The translations under genes and the position numbers were made by a program. A stretch of DNA of 64,000 nt from Zootoca vivipara (taxonomy: Eukaryota). The stretch spans positions 57,164,001-57,228,000 of the forward strand of contig NC_083283.1 of assembly GCF_963506605.1 (NCBI RefSeq), read 5' to 3'. The notes beneath the pieces are model-generated. The model had not been told where the DNA came from, ran no database searches, and saw only the letters and a program-made list of their open reading frames with translations. Positions within the stretch are counted from its first letter, which is position 1, and every line of letters starts with the position of its first letter. Below, in pieces: positions 25,341 through 39,232 of this stretch.

Positions 25341-26135
25341 GGTACAGTTCCTGGAACACAAATTCCAGTTAGCCCTTTTCTAGATTCACTACAAAGCTGT
25401 GGTTCTTGGGAGCTGTCCAAGCTGAGCTGGGCTGTCCTGATGGCTCTTAATTAAGGAACTAGATTGAATCAGGGTATCATTAAGGCAGGATTAAAAGCAG
25501 CATATCCTGAACACCAGCTGGCTGGGAATCACAAATGGGGAGGGTGCTGTTGTGCTCAGGCATTGATTAGTCACGGTGGGAATAGGATGCTGGTCTAGAT
25601 GAGCCTTTTGGCTTGATCCAGCAGAGGTCATCTTTGGCACTGATCTATATGGAAGTGCCCGTGTTTTTATTGCAATACTATGTTTTCAGTCTGTATACCT
25701 TTGTATGTGAAAGTGCAGTTTATAAATATTTAAATAAATACAAATGAATAAAATGAATGAAAACACAGGTACTTCAGGTGTGAGAACTTTATTAGGATGT
25801 GTAGATAAGTCTCCAGTGGGTCGAATGATGCTAGGAAATTCTGCTCCTTGATGGATGGCACAATGGATTTCACAATTTCAAATTTGCCAGGAATTCTTTG
25901 CCAGGAGTTGCTTCAGGTAAAAAAAAAAGCCCACACAGCCCTGTTTTCTGGCCCCAGGGGGGATGGGGAAAGGAGAGACCCTGGAATGCTTCTGGCCCTG
26001 TGACATTTCTACGTCTAGCATGTGGCAAACCTCTAGCATGTTTACACATAAATATATCCTACTATGCTCAGTGGGGCTTACTTCTAGGCAATAGGATTCC
26101 AGCCTCAGATTTTGAGAATCAAACCACTTAATAAG

Positions 26136-26139
<4 letters not shown>

Positions 26140-26188
<49 letters not shown>
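26140..26188. repeat. (CA)n microsatellite
   Basis: Direct dinucleotide run. Confidence 0.9.
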
Positions 26189-26190
<2 letters not shown>

Positions 26191-26544
26191 AATTAAATAT
26201 TAAAGCACTTAGTATGCTTTATACAGGGGAGAGTTGCCAGAATTGCTTTGCTGTTCCTTAAGCACAAACCTGAGAAAGGAAAGCACCAAACAGAAATGCC
26301 TATTAAATTGACTAAAGGTTTCAGAAGGGATGTATTGTAACTGACACTAATGAACTTCAAGCTCAACTTGTAAATACTGTATTTAATTTTCTAAGTACAG
26401 CTCTTCAAAGAGACAGGTGCTTAATCACTAGGCGTAATCAAACCGCTGAGCAGTTACACTGAGGACTGCTTACATTTGGAGTTTAGCATGGAGAATTGAG
26501 AGTGCTGTTGATTCTTGAGAATGTGACCAAATGTTAAGTCCAAT

Positions 26545-26871
26545 GGGCTGGTTGGCATGTCATACTAAGCCAAACCATGGCTTAGGGCAGGTATCAGGGC
26601 TCCTGGTGAGGAGATTGTGGCCTCTTTGTTCTTCCCTTGTTGTTTCGCTGAGCTAAGCAGCAGCTTGACTTAGTACAGCGATGGAGAATTGGATCTAGCT
26701 GGCCAGCTAAACCAAAAAGCATAAGTTTGGACTACATGCTAAGCCAAGCCATGGCTTAGCTCAGTGTTGTGCAGAAGCGAAAGGACTGGGGAGAGCAAAG
26801 TGATGGCTATCTCCTCCCCAGGAGTCTACTCACTCATGTATTCACACTTAGTGTGACATGCAAACCAGTCC
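26545..26871. mobile_element. Foldback MITE, probably PIF/Harbinger type
   Basis: Imperfect inverted arms GGGCTGGTTGGCATGTCATACTAAG / CTTAGTGTGACATGCAAACCAGTCC; AAT on both flanks (3-bp TSD); internal CTAAGCC...GGCTTAG palindromes. Confidence 0.55.
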
Positions 26872-28103
26872 AATGCTTCTTACTGAACCAGCCTTCCCTG
26901 CAGAAGCAAGAGCCTCTCATAAGGCTATTTTTAAGGACATTCCTTTTCCAGAGATACACTACTGGGTCAGAAATGAATTGGATAAATATTATACTTGGAG
27001 ATTTCTACAGCAGGCGACAACTGATGCCAAACTCTATAGGACAAAGACCTATGTACTACCACCTGAACCCATATGATTTTTCACTAGCCCTTTTAATGTG
27101 CAGACCCCACAAGGCACATGTTTCACTCACTGCAGTAAATGACTGAGGCAAATTATTTCAGATTTTGAAGCCTGATTAGCTTAATCAGCAGCATTCTTAG
27201 CCCCATTTGTTTATATTATACAATTTAGCAGCCTTAATAATGAAAATGTCATGTTTTACATATTTTGCATGCTTAGTAACAGAACAATACACAAGAGAGA
27301 GAGAGAGAGAGAGAAAATAAGATGGCATTATTTCATTGTTATTGCCAAGCAAATTGTGTCAATGATTTACTGATAAAAGAACCAATTAACTGAGTGTGCT
27401 GGTTTCACATAAATTTGTTTTGAACTGTTTTCAATGCTGCTTTTTAAAAATGCTGTGGTCTTTTAAAAAATCTGAGGGCCTTACGGTGAAGAATGGGGAA
27501 TAAATAAAATGAAGTTATGGGGGAACGTAAGCCAGACATAATACAGAAGTATAGGTGGCACAAACGGAACTGTAACTTAAAAAAGAGGAGCAGGAGGATA
27601 TAGCTTTTAACCAGTCCTAACATATATACTAATAGAGTTGGCTTAAGTCAAGGACCGAGTGGTAACAATAGCAATACACCTAAAATGTTCTAATCATACA
27701 CTTCCATGGCAAATGCATCATACTTGCCAGGGAGCTGGGATTGACTGCAGCTTTCTATAGGGGCTGAACATGTGGTCAAAATTCATGGGAGGGGTGTTTT
27801 CAGTTACCCCACCCCTTGCTCTTGGAAGCCTTATAAGAAGCTTATAAGTAGCTGCTGCTGCAGGAGAGGGCCTATGAGCAACATCGTAGGTGATGTGTTT
27901 CTAGGACTAAGGCGAAACCTTGGAGCTCCCTTTTTATTTTTGCTATTGGATGCTGCATGTTGTTTCAGTAATCTTGTTACATTTATAGTATTGAAATGTG
28001 GGTTTTTATGTTGTTATATTTGCTGTTGTTTTGGTATGTTGTTTTGCAGTGTTTGTTTGAAATGCACTCCTGTTTTCTTTGTTGTAAGCTGCTTTGAGCA
28101 TGG

Positions 28104-28106
<3 letters not shown>

Positions 28107-28154
<48 letters not shown>
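28107..28154. repeat. (GT)n microsatellite
   Basis: Direct dinucleotide run. Confidence 0.9.
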
Positions 28155-28158
<4 letters not shown>

Positions 28159-29123
28159 CGGGATACAAATAAAAAGAATGAATGAATGAAAAATCCAGTT
28201 TTGCCTCTTTGTAATGTGTGAAATGTCTGTGAGCATCACCATACCTCTCTTACTTTAGCTTTCCTGTCAACAGATGGAGCACTGTAGAGTATGCTGGTTC
28301 AGGCTAATGGACCTATAAGTCCACCTTCCCTCTTTTCACAATGGCCAACCAGAAGCAGGACCTAAGTGCAATTTGTGTTGAGATTCCATTTCTGCCAGCC
28401 AATGAGGATACACGACAGGAGTTCTCTTGGTCAAAGCAGATGGGACACAGAAGGATTCTTCGTATCTAGTGTGCAGGTTTTTAGAAATGCAAATATTGTA
28501 CCAGCTTAGGGAGTGGGAGTGATATTTATCAGGATAACAACAGATGAGGAGGGGCAATTTAACCTTGCCCTTGCATGCTGAGGTCCTGAGGAAAATCCTT
28601 CCGCACAAATTGGTATTTGCACTGGGAGGAAATCTGCATTTGATGCCCAGGGAAATATCAGCTTCAGAGGCAGCATTTTCTGCAGGGCTGCAGCAGGATT
28701 AAATTCTGTCTTCATGCCTCCTGCTGTCACAGTAACGACCAGCCCCGCTGGAGAACGCTAGCTGAATTGTTTTGAAAACCCTGCATGTTAAATGTAAAGA
28801 TGCATTTAACATCAGCCTCCTGTCTAGCTTGGCCCTATGACCGAGAAGGAAATGATGGGGGCTGCAGAGAACGCAAAAGATAATGGGAGATATAATTAGT
28901 ACCATGGGCTAGAATGGAAACAACCCCCGCAGAAGAAGGGCGAGGCGTGTGCATGCATGCAATTAGAACTCATAATACAGGTAAATTAACACATTATTAT
29001 GACCAGACATTAAGGTCATATTCAGAATCAGGAAGTTTGCAAATTGACTTCCAATAGCTGAGGACATGAACAATTATACAAAGGGGGTGGGGGTGGAGAC
29101 ATATACAGTACTAGCATTCTCAC

Positions 29124-29264
29124 CTTCGAGTGAAAGAGATCTGACTGCTGGTTGGGGGCTGCTCTGTCCATCTTTTTCTTTATCAGAAGGAACTCTCTTC
29201 AGAACCGGGGGAAGAAGAGCAGTTTTAGGGGAACCTGGACCAGATGGAGACTCTGGTATATCCT
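29124..29264 (-). CDS. CARMIL1: CARMIL1 exon ((E)DIPESPSGPGSPKTALLPPVLKRVPSDKEKDGQSSPQPAVRSLSLE)
   Basis: 141 nt, phase 1-1, acceptor tttgcacag|AG, donor AAG|gtgaga; ALLPPVLK motif. Confidence 0.94.
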
Positions 29265-29918
29265 CTGTGCAAACACAGCATGCACACAGAAAAATTCAGT
29301 CACCAGCTGCACAGCATCTAGGAAATTCGTTCACATAAACCCTCTCACACACACCCAATCAACCCACCCAAATGTACTGATTTAGTTTTTGAAAGCATGA
29401 TAAGAGGAGGAAGAGGAACAGCCTCAAAGCTAAGTTTCTCGTCTCCAAAGTCGGTAAGCTGGAAGAAATGAAAGTGCTGAAGGGCTACGCAGCAATAAAG
29501 CTACATAGAGGGCCCTAAGAAGTTGTTTAAATATGTTCCAACAAAGCCTCAAAAAAGTTTTTTAAAACCTGTATTTCAATATTCAGAAATGAGGGAGAAC
29601 AATTTGCTTAATCAGACACAAGAAGAATGTAGTCATCTTTGAGGCCTTTAGGGCAGTACTATAATGCAAAGGCTACAAATTAGTACCTCAGTGTTTAGGG
29701 GAATATCTCATTCTCTCTCATAATTTACCATTGCAATCCCATTTCTAGCATTTAAAAGATTAGTCGGGATTAGCAGAGAAGAACAATTGAAAAACGCCGC
29801 CGAACAAAATAATAAGCATTATCTTATTTTCTGAATTTTCCCTTCGGTATTTAACTATTGATTTTTCCACACATAAGCCATTGTGCTCGTGCTAGTGTAG
29901 TGAAAAGGCGCTTCTCAC

Positions 29919-30152
29919 CAGTCCGAGAGGCAGATCGTGGCTTCTGAGGAACTGTTGGCCGTCCTGCTAGGCTGGGCTTTACAGCTTGGAGTGGAGGCTT
30001 TGGGCTGGTAGATGTGCTGGAAGAACTTCGTGTCCTCGCCCCAACTTCTGTCTTTGGTTCAGCCTTTGTGATTTTCTCTGCGGAGGTTACAATAGAGTCA
30101 ACTTTACTCATGGCAAACCAGTTCTCTGGAGAAGACTGGTGGAGCTTGGTAA
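29919..30152 (-). CDS. CARMIL1: CARMIL1 exon, proline-rich region ((V)TKLHQSSPEN...RPTVPQKPRSASRT)
   Basis: 234 nt, phase 1-1, acceptor tgtttcag|TT, donor CTG|gtgaga; within ORF 29851..30174(-). Confidence 0.94.
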
Positions 30153-31700
30153 CTGAAACAAAAGGACCCAGCAAACATTGAGACCAAGAGTGCAGCGTAT
30201 TAAAAGTTTCTAGCCTCTGTAGGTGAGGAGAAAAACACAGAGGGATGTGTGTGGACTGGTAGTTATTCAGGAAAAAGAAAAGCTTCTACTTTCCCCAAGT
30301 GTCCTCTTTTCTGACCAATGTGAATATAGAGTCACTGACAAGCAATGTAGAGTGAGATATCCAGTAGATTTTCCATCTCTGTGGAAGCTTTAGAAGAAGA
30401 ATATGCCCAGATTCCTGGAATGGTTTGGGCCGATATATCACTATTCTGGCTTTAGAAACTAGCTCGATTCTCCTGGTCATTAGCACTTTAAGCAGGACTT
30501 AGGGTTCATGGTTGGCTCCTCAATGGGGCCCAGGCTGATAACTGTAACACATGAGGGAATGAGTGGGATAATCTGATGTAGTCAGTTTCCATAGAGGAAC
30601 ACCTGAGCATTAGACACAAGCCTGATGAAGTGGAGAGTGTGCGAGTGCAGAATACTCACTCCTTTACTGTCAGAAAATATCACCACTCCCCTCTTATTCT
30701 CTGAGGTCTGGCAGCAGCTGTGTGCTCCAACAGAAAGCTTTATGAGGCAGAGAGAAACTGGGCTGAGGCTTAGAAAGCCCCAAAATATTTCAATGGACCT
30801 TGGGCAGATCTACTCCCGTCATTTATAATGTTAAAAAGGTGTTATGAAAATGTGACTACCAGAGCAGTGAGCCACCGGCAATGGAAAACTGCCATAAAGC
30901 TTTCTAGAGTGTTATATTTAATAGCGCTCAGAAGATCAATGTAGATCCTGCCCTTATGTCAGTGCAAGTCTGTGAAAATGGCTGAGGAGCTGCCCTGAAG
31001 ACTGGTGTCCAGACAGGCCGAGAGAGAAAGAGCCAAAATCCCTCAGTAAAGTCAAGGGATCTTGATTCACCCACCATTCAGCCTAGGACAGTTAATCACA
31101 CAAACATGAGAGTTGTTTTGGGGTGGATGCATTTCACAGTTCTATAAAATACAATGGCCTGTGAATTAAAACCCTAGAATTCCTTAATCGTGTTAATTCA
31201 CTTACTGAATTCTATGGAACATAAAGATGCTTAAGTCTGCCTGGATGATGCTTCCTTTCTTTATTCTCAAATATATAGCTTATATGTATATAACATGTAG
31301 GTTTTTTGTGTCAAATGGATAAAGCAGTTTTTCTATTTACTCATTTTATAACTGAACATAATCCTATCCTACTGAAGCTACTTGGCCAGTCACCTAATGC
31401 AGAACATTATATCCCAAACTCATAACTTGGCCCAGCTACCTGCTATTTTACTTCTTACAGAACTGTTGAGCCCAGGAATTCTAAATTCAGAGTTAGGTAA
31501 TTCAGGATGCAGGCCACTTTCCAAGACATTCTTCTAGCTTACATAGATGTTTTTGTACTTTGTACTTTGACTTGTACATGTGTGCATGCATTATGTGGCT
31601 AAAAGTGCATTATCTATGTGAACAAGATGTTCTTCCAGTTTTTAATTCCCATTTTTGGGAGAGTGTTTGAGAAATACTGGTATATGTTCAAACATTCTTG

Positions 31701-31945
31701 GAAGAAGAAGAAGAAGAGTTTGGATTTGATATCCCACTTTATCACTACCCGAAGGAGTCTCAAAGCGGCTAACATTCTCCTTTCCCCTCCTCTCCCACAA
31801 CAGACACCCTGTGAGGTGGGTGGGGGTGGGAGACTTCAGAGAAGTGTGACTAGCCCAAGGTCACCCAGCAGCTGCATGTAAGGGGGGGAGACGGGAACCC
31901 GGTTCCCCAGATTACGAGTCTACCGCTCTTAACCACTACACCTCA
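31701..31945 (-). mobile_element. tRNA-headed SINE with (CTT)n tail; older relative near 10070-10265
   Basis: Head GGTGTAGTGGTTAAGAGCGGTAGACT...GGTTCCCGT on -; body GGGTGACCTTGGGC; trinucleotide tail. Confidence 0.7.
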
Positions 31946-34056
31946 CTGTCTCTGTGAGAACTAAATGTTCTCTCTCCCAGAATTATTTAAATATATGGAC
32001 CACCTTCTCACACCTTTCTTTCCAATATATATTCCGTTGCCTTCAAAACCATCTCCCCATATTCATCAGCTAAGCTCGTTTCAAAGAGAGGGCTTATGTG
32101 GTCAAAACCAAAAAGGATCTTAGCACATGCACATTGTATATACAGGGAGCAAAGCAAGTGTTTGTGCAGTTGGCCATGTGTCATTTAGACACCATTTTCT
32201 CCCTGGAAGCATGCAATAGAACTTCCCTGCCCCCTGAGAATTGCATAAATCTGCTCTGGACGAATCCTTAGAAGAGATTTTAAAGTCACACAGAGAGGTG
32301 ACAAGCCACGTTAAGTTCCAATGCACAGCTTAAACTCATTGCATTAGCAAAGGAGGAATTTTTGGCCCTTCAGATGTTGCTGAACTACAACTCCCATCAA
32401 TCCCAGCAAGCATAGCTATTTACCATGATGGCGACTGTGGTTCAACAACATCTAGAGTGTCAAAGGTGCCCCACATCTACACTAGCAGAACTGTTTCTGG
32501 GTGGTCCAACTTTCCATACCAAATCGACCACAAGAGTACTTCAACATGGAGCCCACTGCCCTGCTGTGTGGGGGGCGTTCAAAATTTGATACACTCCAAC
32601 CTTTGTGCTGCCTTTCCAAAGCTGGGTAAGCGAGGTACTGGCTTAGGGAAGAAGGAGTGAGGGCTCTGGCAGGGTCCCAAAGCTCTCCCTTCTCTTCCCC
32701 AAAGCTGGGAAAGCACTAACTAGGCTTGGGAAGGAGGTGGGAGGACACAAGGACCATGTCAGACCCCTCATAGCTCCTTCCTAAAGCCCAGTGCCTCCCT
32801 TACCCAGCTTTAGGAAGGTGATGTGAGCTGGGGGTGGGCGGTGTGTCAAATGGGGCCACATGTTGGACCAACCTGTTTTAGTTGGATACAGCCCAATCTG
32901 TCAGGGATCATATACCTGTAGTCGGTATACCAGCCACAGCCAAAAACAAACAAGACCACCTCTTCTATTTCTGCTAAATGCTTCCCCCAATTTCCCCTCT
33001 TCTTGACACAGATATGAAATTCACTAGGGCCACACTTTGCCCAGTTGTCCTTCATACAGATGGGGTTTTATGCATTTAATAAAAAGATAAAATACACAGT
33101 TAGGGTGTTTCAGAAGTTAAGAGAAGATGGGAAGCCAAAGTAGCAGTGGCAGATGAAGTAGCTACATTTTACATTTTGGTTAAAGTCAGGCAGCCATTTT
33201 ATATCCTTGAAGTTCCTTAAAGGAGTTACATACATTTTGAGAGGAACCATGGGAAAATGCCTTTTTTCATCCACAGACAAAACAACATTATTTCTGGCAC
33301 TTATCAGTTTTATTCTACTTCTTAGCAGGTGTCTTCCACTCTAAAATTCCTTAAAAACTGAGATGTGTTTCTTCCGTCTCCATTTGCATTCACAAGGCAG
33401 ATCTATAAAGGCTGGAGGGAAATCCACAGCACCCTCTTAGAACCAGTTTTTTCTGTGTTCCCATCACTGCTGCCTGGAAATTGATTTCCAGGCCTGGCAT
33501 AGAGGATGCTACTAGTTAGTTATTCCCTGTTGGAAGCATTCTAGGTTAGCTTCCCCACAGTGTAGTGAATGAAAATGAAGCAAACAGCTAAGCAACTGAC
33601 ACCAGCTACACGTAAGACAGATTAGAATTCTGCCCTACAGAGGGAATCAAGGAATATAGCAAAGTAGGTCAGCTTTCACAAATATAAGCAACATGTCTCT
33701 ACTCTGTAAAAATTGGACAGGATATGAATAATATAATTGCACTTTAATAAATAAATAAATCAAGATTTCAAAAGGGAGTTGTGGCAAGGAGGCCAGATGC
33801 AAAAGAGGGCAGTTGTGCAGAGGGAATTTGAGCAGGTGTAGTTTGCACAGCAAGGTGTGGATATGGGGGAAATGGAAACTAATTCCCATGGCATTGTGCA
33901 GATAAGGCTCGGTCTGCATGGCTGTAATCACTCTAATAATCAAGTACATTCACAAAAAGTATATTACCTCTAATCATTCATTTGTACTAACAGATCGGCA
34001 ACAGCAAGCTTGTGAACACTAGTTAATGAAGTAGTATTTTACTAATAGCAACGCAC

Positions 34057-34129
34057 CTGTAGCGCCTCCATCCAGCCGTTCTGAATTCACTGAGAGATCT
34101 GTTGAGTCTCTTGAATCATTCCCTAGTTT
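34057..34129 (-). CDS. CARMIL1: CARMIL1 exon (KLGNDSRDSTDLSVNSERLDGGAT)
   Basis: 73 nt, phase 0-1, acceptor tctttccctag|AAA, donor CAG|gtgcgt; KLGND...ER.DGG similarity to human. Confidence 0.92.
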
Positions 34130-34477
34130 CTAGGGAAAGAAAAAGAAGTGTGATAAGGAATCCTTGAAAATTAACAGAATTCTCTGAACTTGGTTGATAG
34201 ACCACCGTTTTCCAAGGCTCTGTAGTATTATTACTATCATCAACATCCCCATCATCATAATTCAATCATTATTCATATTCTTATTTCAATTTATATCCTG
34301 TTCTTTCTAGCAAAGCACTCCAGGGTAACAGACATGTAATTGAAACATCTCTGTCCATTTTATATTGGGCAGCCTTTGAAGTATGTTTGAAAACTCCAAT
34401 TGGTACAAAACAGGACAACCAGATTGCTAACAAGGGCCAGCCAAAGAGAATATATTTTCGTGGTATAAAAATACCTA

Positions 34478-34561
34478 CCGTGTTTCTCCGAAAATAAGAC
34501 ACACCCATAAAATAAGCCGTAGCAGGATTTCTAAGCATTTGCGCAATATAAGCCATACCCC
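34478..34561. mobile_element. Truncated Tc1/mariner-type (Tigger/Tc2-like) terminus
   Basis: TA|CCGTGTTTCTCCGAAAATAAGAC with repeated AAATAAG(A/C)C subterminal motifs; other end not found. Confidence 0.45.
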
Positions 34562-36874
34562 TGTCTGTATGTTTCTGGGCTTCAAGTGGTGAGATGGGTG
34601 TCTTAGCCTTTGAAGCCCTGAATGGCTTGGAGCCCAGGAATCCTAAGGACCACTGGGGGGAAAAATCATTTGAATGGTGGAGCTCCCTTCCTAGACATGT
34701 GCACCTGGTGTCTACTCAACAATCTTTTTGGGTCCCTGGTAAATTCCACCCTGTTCACCTCTGCCTTTAGTGGCCTTTATTAAGGCCTGAGATCCTTGTA
34801 GCTGCCCTTTGCTGGTCTATCAGCTGCATTTCTTTCTCTCTTTTTACACCTAGCTGTATTATTTTCACTGCAGGCTCACATTTTTGTTTTTAACTTTATT
34901 CTGAAAGGTGTTAGGAATTAATTCAACAAGGCTGGATAAATATTTATTCCAATCCTGTTGCATACCTGCATTTCTTTTGCACTTTCTTCACTCTGCAAGG
35001 GGTGGGTGGGAATTCTGAACAGCCTTCCTTTTGGCCTCTATGTACTTACGGTTTCATTAAAAAAAAAATGAATCTATTAACAGAACATCATTTCCCCTTG
35101 ATGATATCAAAGCAGCATTTGTGCGCAAACTTAATTGTAATCCCATTCAAGCAGTTTAAATGCCATTTAGGAACATAAGAAGCTACCTTTACGGAATCAA
35201 GATGTTCTAGCACATCCAGCTCAGTATTGCCTATGCTGAATTGCGGTGGCAATCCTGGGTTCTATATGGGGAGCATTATGAAGTCGTGTAAATTCCCCTT
35301 TCCTACTTTAGGTTTACTACCACCTGTGTGCCCAGTCTTGGTCAGTTTTTATATGGCATTGAAAGCTTTTCTTGACACTGTGCTACATCACATCTGAACA
35401 ACATTTCAGCAGTCCTTGGTTTACAAGTATATCTCTGCATTACATGATGTGTAGTCTAAATTATTTGTTATTAAACACTCTAAGTTGACATTTACTGTAA
35501 GCAAAATCTAGGCTTTGGGAAGATGCCTAGCCTGTGACAACCCACACCTTGCTGAACTACAACTCCCAGCATCCTTCACCATTGGCCATGCTGGCTGAGG
35601 CTGATGGGAGTTGGGAGTCCAATAACATCTGGGCAGCCCCAGGTTCCCCACTGCTGCTCTGAAAGCATTCTTCTCCCTGTATTTTCTGAAAGTTGAACAC
35701 ATCTTCAACATGTGCACGTTTAGCTTTACATGCTTGGCAAAATAAAAACGGGCGGGCATCTGGGAAATTTGTTTCCCCCCCCCAATCAACCCATTAGGGA
35801 CACCTGCCTCTGCTGTAAATCAACTTCCTGGCATCTTTTTTTAATCTTTGGAAATGAAATTTCTTGATAATAGAATTTCATCTTAGTAAACTAGGCCACA
35901 AATAAAATAGATTTACTATCATATACCCCTATCATATAGCTAAAACCATTTCTACACATAAATAAGGTAATGCACATAAACTACAAAGTAGGAACATACA
36001 TCACACAGGAATAAAACATTAAATAACTTTTATCAACTGCATCAAAAAATCCTGGAGGGAAAGGTTCCACCATAAAAGCTTTTTGGTTGGAGCTTCTTCA
36101 CTCTTTCTAGCCAACACCAGATTTTGTAACTTGTTGGATTAGGCCAATAATATCTATTCCAATTCCACATATATGTGTGGTACCCGGGAATATAATCCCC
36201 ACGTAAATTGGAAGTCACCTGTATTTTTTTACCTATTTGATATCTAACTGCACTTCATAGCAACTGCAAACAATACCATCTCCCAAATCTCATTAGTCTT
36301 ACTGTTGCTTGCTGGAGAGTTCTGCTTTAAACCATCTCAAGTGCTAACTAAGCCATGCTACTTGGTCTTATTTGCATTGCATTTGTTCCTAGAGCTAATA
36401 TTAAAATCTCTTCAAACACTAGGTGGAGCAAGACCACTGCTGAATATTTGCTTGGAGAGAAGACTAATCCCCTATTCACTGATCTTTCACTGTTCCTGCC
36501 AATTCACACAAAAAACCACCCCTACCCCGCCCAACATTTGCCATTTTTTCATCTAGCACACACCTGCTCCTCACTAGCAATTGTAGTAGGGTTGTACTAG
36601 GTCGCACATCAAGTAGTAAATTCCTTATAGTTTTCGTTCCTACCTCAGGTACGTTTAAGCAGCCAGCTGTCATCTCAACACTTATACAAATGTGCTAGTT
36701 TTTTTTAACAACAAATACAAAAATATAGAAACCGTAAGTCCTAATGGCAATTTCGAGTATAACCATCTTGGTGAGAATCAAATGCCTCAAGCTGGCCACC
36801 AATATTTAGCTACGTTATCCCGTGTAAGCCCTCAAATGAACTGCTCGGACCATTAAAATGAAAATGTCGCTCAC

Positions 36875-37304
36875 CTTTTGTGCAAATGCTGCTCTGCGCT
36901 CCTGCTTGGCTTTCATTTCTGCTAAAAGTCCACTACCCATCACTTGCACCCCATACCGACGTCCTCCTTGAGGACTGCCTTTGCTGTCAGTTTTCTCAAG
37001 CTTTGAGGCATCCTCCGAGGACCCCTCCTCTATTGAGTCTGGAGTCTTTAGTTCCTCGTTTTTTTCAGCGTTGCCATTCTGTTCGGCTGATTTAACCTCT
37101 TTCTTTGCAGTGTCCGCTGTGGGGCCTTTGACAGCACCTTTGGGTGTTGAGGGGTCCTCCGACACCAGAACAGTCGGAGGACGTTCAGATTTTGATCTAG
37201 ATTTGATTAAATTGAGAAAGCCGCTTTTCCGAGAATCTCTTTTCTTCTTTTCATCAGTGGTTTCACCGGAATCATTTGTGTCTGCGCCTTTTGTTGAGGA
37301 TCTC
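36875..37304 (-). CDS. CARMIL1: CARMIL1 exon including the basic membrane-binding segment ((K)RSSTKG...KKKRDSRKSGFLNLIKSRSK...GSGLLAEMKAKQERRAAFAQK)
   Basis: 430 nt, phase 2-0, acceptor catctattag|G, donor AAG|gtgagc; within ORF 36815..37441(-). Confidence 0.96.
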
Positions 37305-37472
37305 CTAATAGATGAAAAAAGCACATAAGCTATAATGGCCTCATTTGGACATAATGCTAAACGACGGTATAGTGTTACATAGACTCCTGTGCTTCCGCTC
37401 TCCATATCTGGTGAGATCGCAAGGAGATTGGAACCTTTCAATTGTATTTAGACTAACCACAGTTTTGAGCTA

Positions 37473-37630
37473 TCATAGGACTGTAGAGTTGGACAGGACT
37501 TCAAAGGTCAACCAGTCCAACGCCCCTGCGATGCAGGAATCTCAGTTAAAGCATTCATGATAGATGGGTACCCAACCTCTGCTTAAAGCCCTCCAAGGAA
37601 GGAGAGTCCACAACCTCCCGAGGGAGTCTG
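37473..37630 (-). mobile_element. CR1 LINE 3' end fragment
   Basis: Reverse-strand CR1-type tail (ATTCCTGCATCGCAGGGGCGTTGGAC...CCAACTCTACAGTCCTATGA) preceded by an ORF2-end-like remnant. Confidence 0.6.
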
Positions 37631-38259
37631 GTGCAGTACTGTATTAAATTCTCCTTGTTTAAATTCCATAGTCATGCTGGTTCTAAATAAAGAATGCATT
37701 TTATATTACCAGAGAAGTCAATCTTACTGCTAACTCAATAGTTATGTGGGGTTATCATACCTCTCCCTGGGGAAGTTCGCCTGGTGCCTTCATTATATAC
37801 TTTTAGGCGCCAGGTGAAAACATTCCTCTTCAACCAGGGCTTTGGCTGCTAAATATTCAACAGCGTTTTAAATGCGTCTGTGGGAAGGGGGTTGTTTGTT
37901 GTTTTGCTTTTAATACTGGTGTTTTTATCTTGTATTTTTATTCTGTGAACCACCCTGAGATCTTATGAAGAAGGGCGTTACGAAAATTTAATGAATAAAT
38001 AAAAAGAAAATGAATAACGGAATCGAGTCAGAACACATTCTGTCCAAGGAAACAAGGGTTTTGTGTGGTACCAAATTTTGATACCTACCTCAAAATACCC
38101 ACATTTGCTTCAGCTGAACAAATTCATCCCTCCTGCCCTAAACCACTTTGAAAAGAAAATGCAGCATTTAAGTACTGCTTGGCACACTTGTTTCACTGCC
38201 TGCTTTTCCTCACCACTGCCTTCCTCCTCGGCCTCCTTTGCTTATGCCACTCTTTAATC

Positions 38260-38395
38260 CAGGCATGTCAAACCTGCGGCCCTCCAGATGTTTTGGCCTA
38301 CAACTCCCATGATCCCTAGCTAGCAGGACCAGTGGTTGGGGAAGATGGGAATTGTAGTCCAAAACATCTGGAGGGCCGCAGGTTTGACATGCCTG
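38260..38395. mobile_element. 136-bp palindromic hAT MITE
   Basis: Perfect TIRs of about 35 bp starting CAGGCATGTCAAACCTGCGGCCCTCCAGATGTTTTGG; perfect 8-bp TSD CTTTAATC (38252-38259, 38396-38403). Confidence 0.9.
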
Positions 38396-38893
38396 CTTTA
38401 ATCCTACACAATGCCCTGCAGTGCCATCACATGTAGCACTAGAATGTCACCAAGATATGGTGAAGCATAGGTTTCACATGTAGAGGTTCCCAAGTTCAAT
38501 CCCTGGCGTCTCTAGATGCAGCTTAGAAAAGGCTCCTTGCCTCAAACTTCGGAGAGCCATTGCCAGTAAATAAAAGATACTGAGCAAGAAGAACCAATGG
38601 TCTCAGTATAAGGCAGTTTCCTAAAAGAATGGCTCTTCTGCTTAAATTGCAATCATAAAGAATTCTAATGAACTTAAGTGGTGCTATGGTGACATAAACC
38701 CAGATATATGTACAGGTATATAGATGTATTTAGCATATATAAGTAATTTTAACTTACTATTGCCATAATTACGTCTACTACATTAGCGCTAGCAGTGTAA
38801 TGTACTTGCTATTTTGAATTTTTAAAGACAGAAAACACCCCCAAATATCTACAGCAGCTTCAGCTACTGTACCTTGCTGAAGAATAAGACTTA

Positions 38894-39019
<126 letters not shown>

Positions 39020-39232
39020 TTACTTACTCTAGAAGCCTCTGAAGGTTCACTATTGCCAGTTATGGGTGTCAAAAGTCATAATTGCATGTGGGTTTGAGAA
39101 GCAGCAGTTTTTCTTATGATGAGTGCTGACAAGAAGACAGAAAAATAAGCAACCAAACAGGACTGAACGTGGCTATCAGAAATCTTAAAGCACGGCTTAA
39201 AGCTTGCACACTATTTAAATAATAGAATAATA

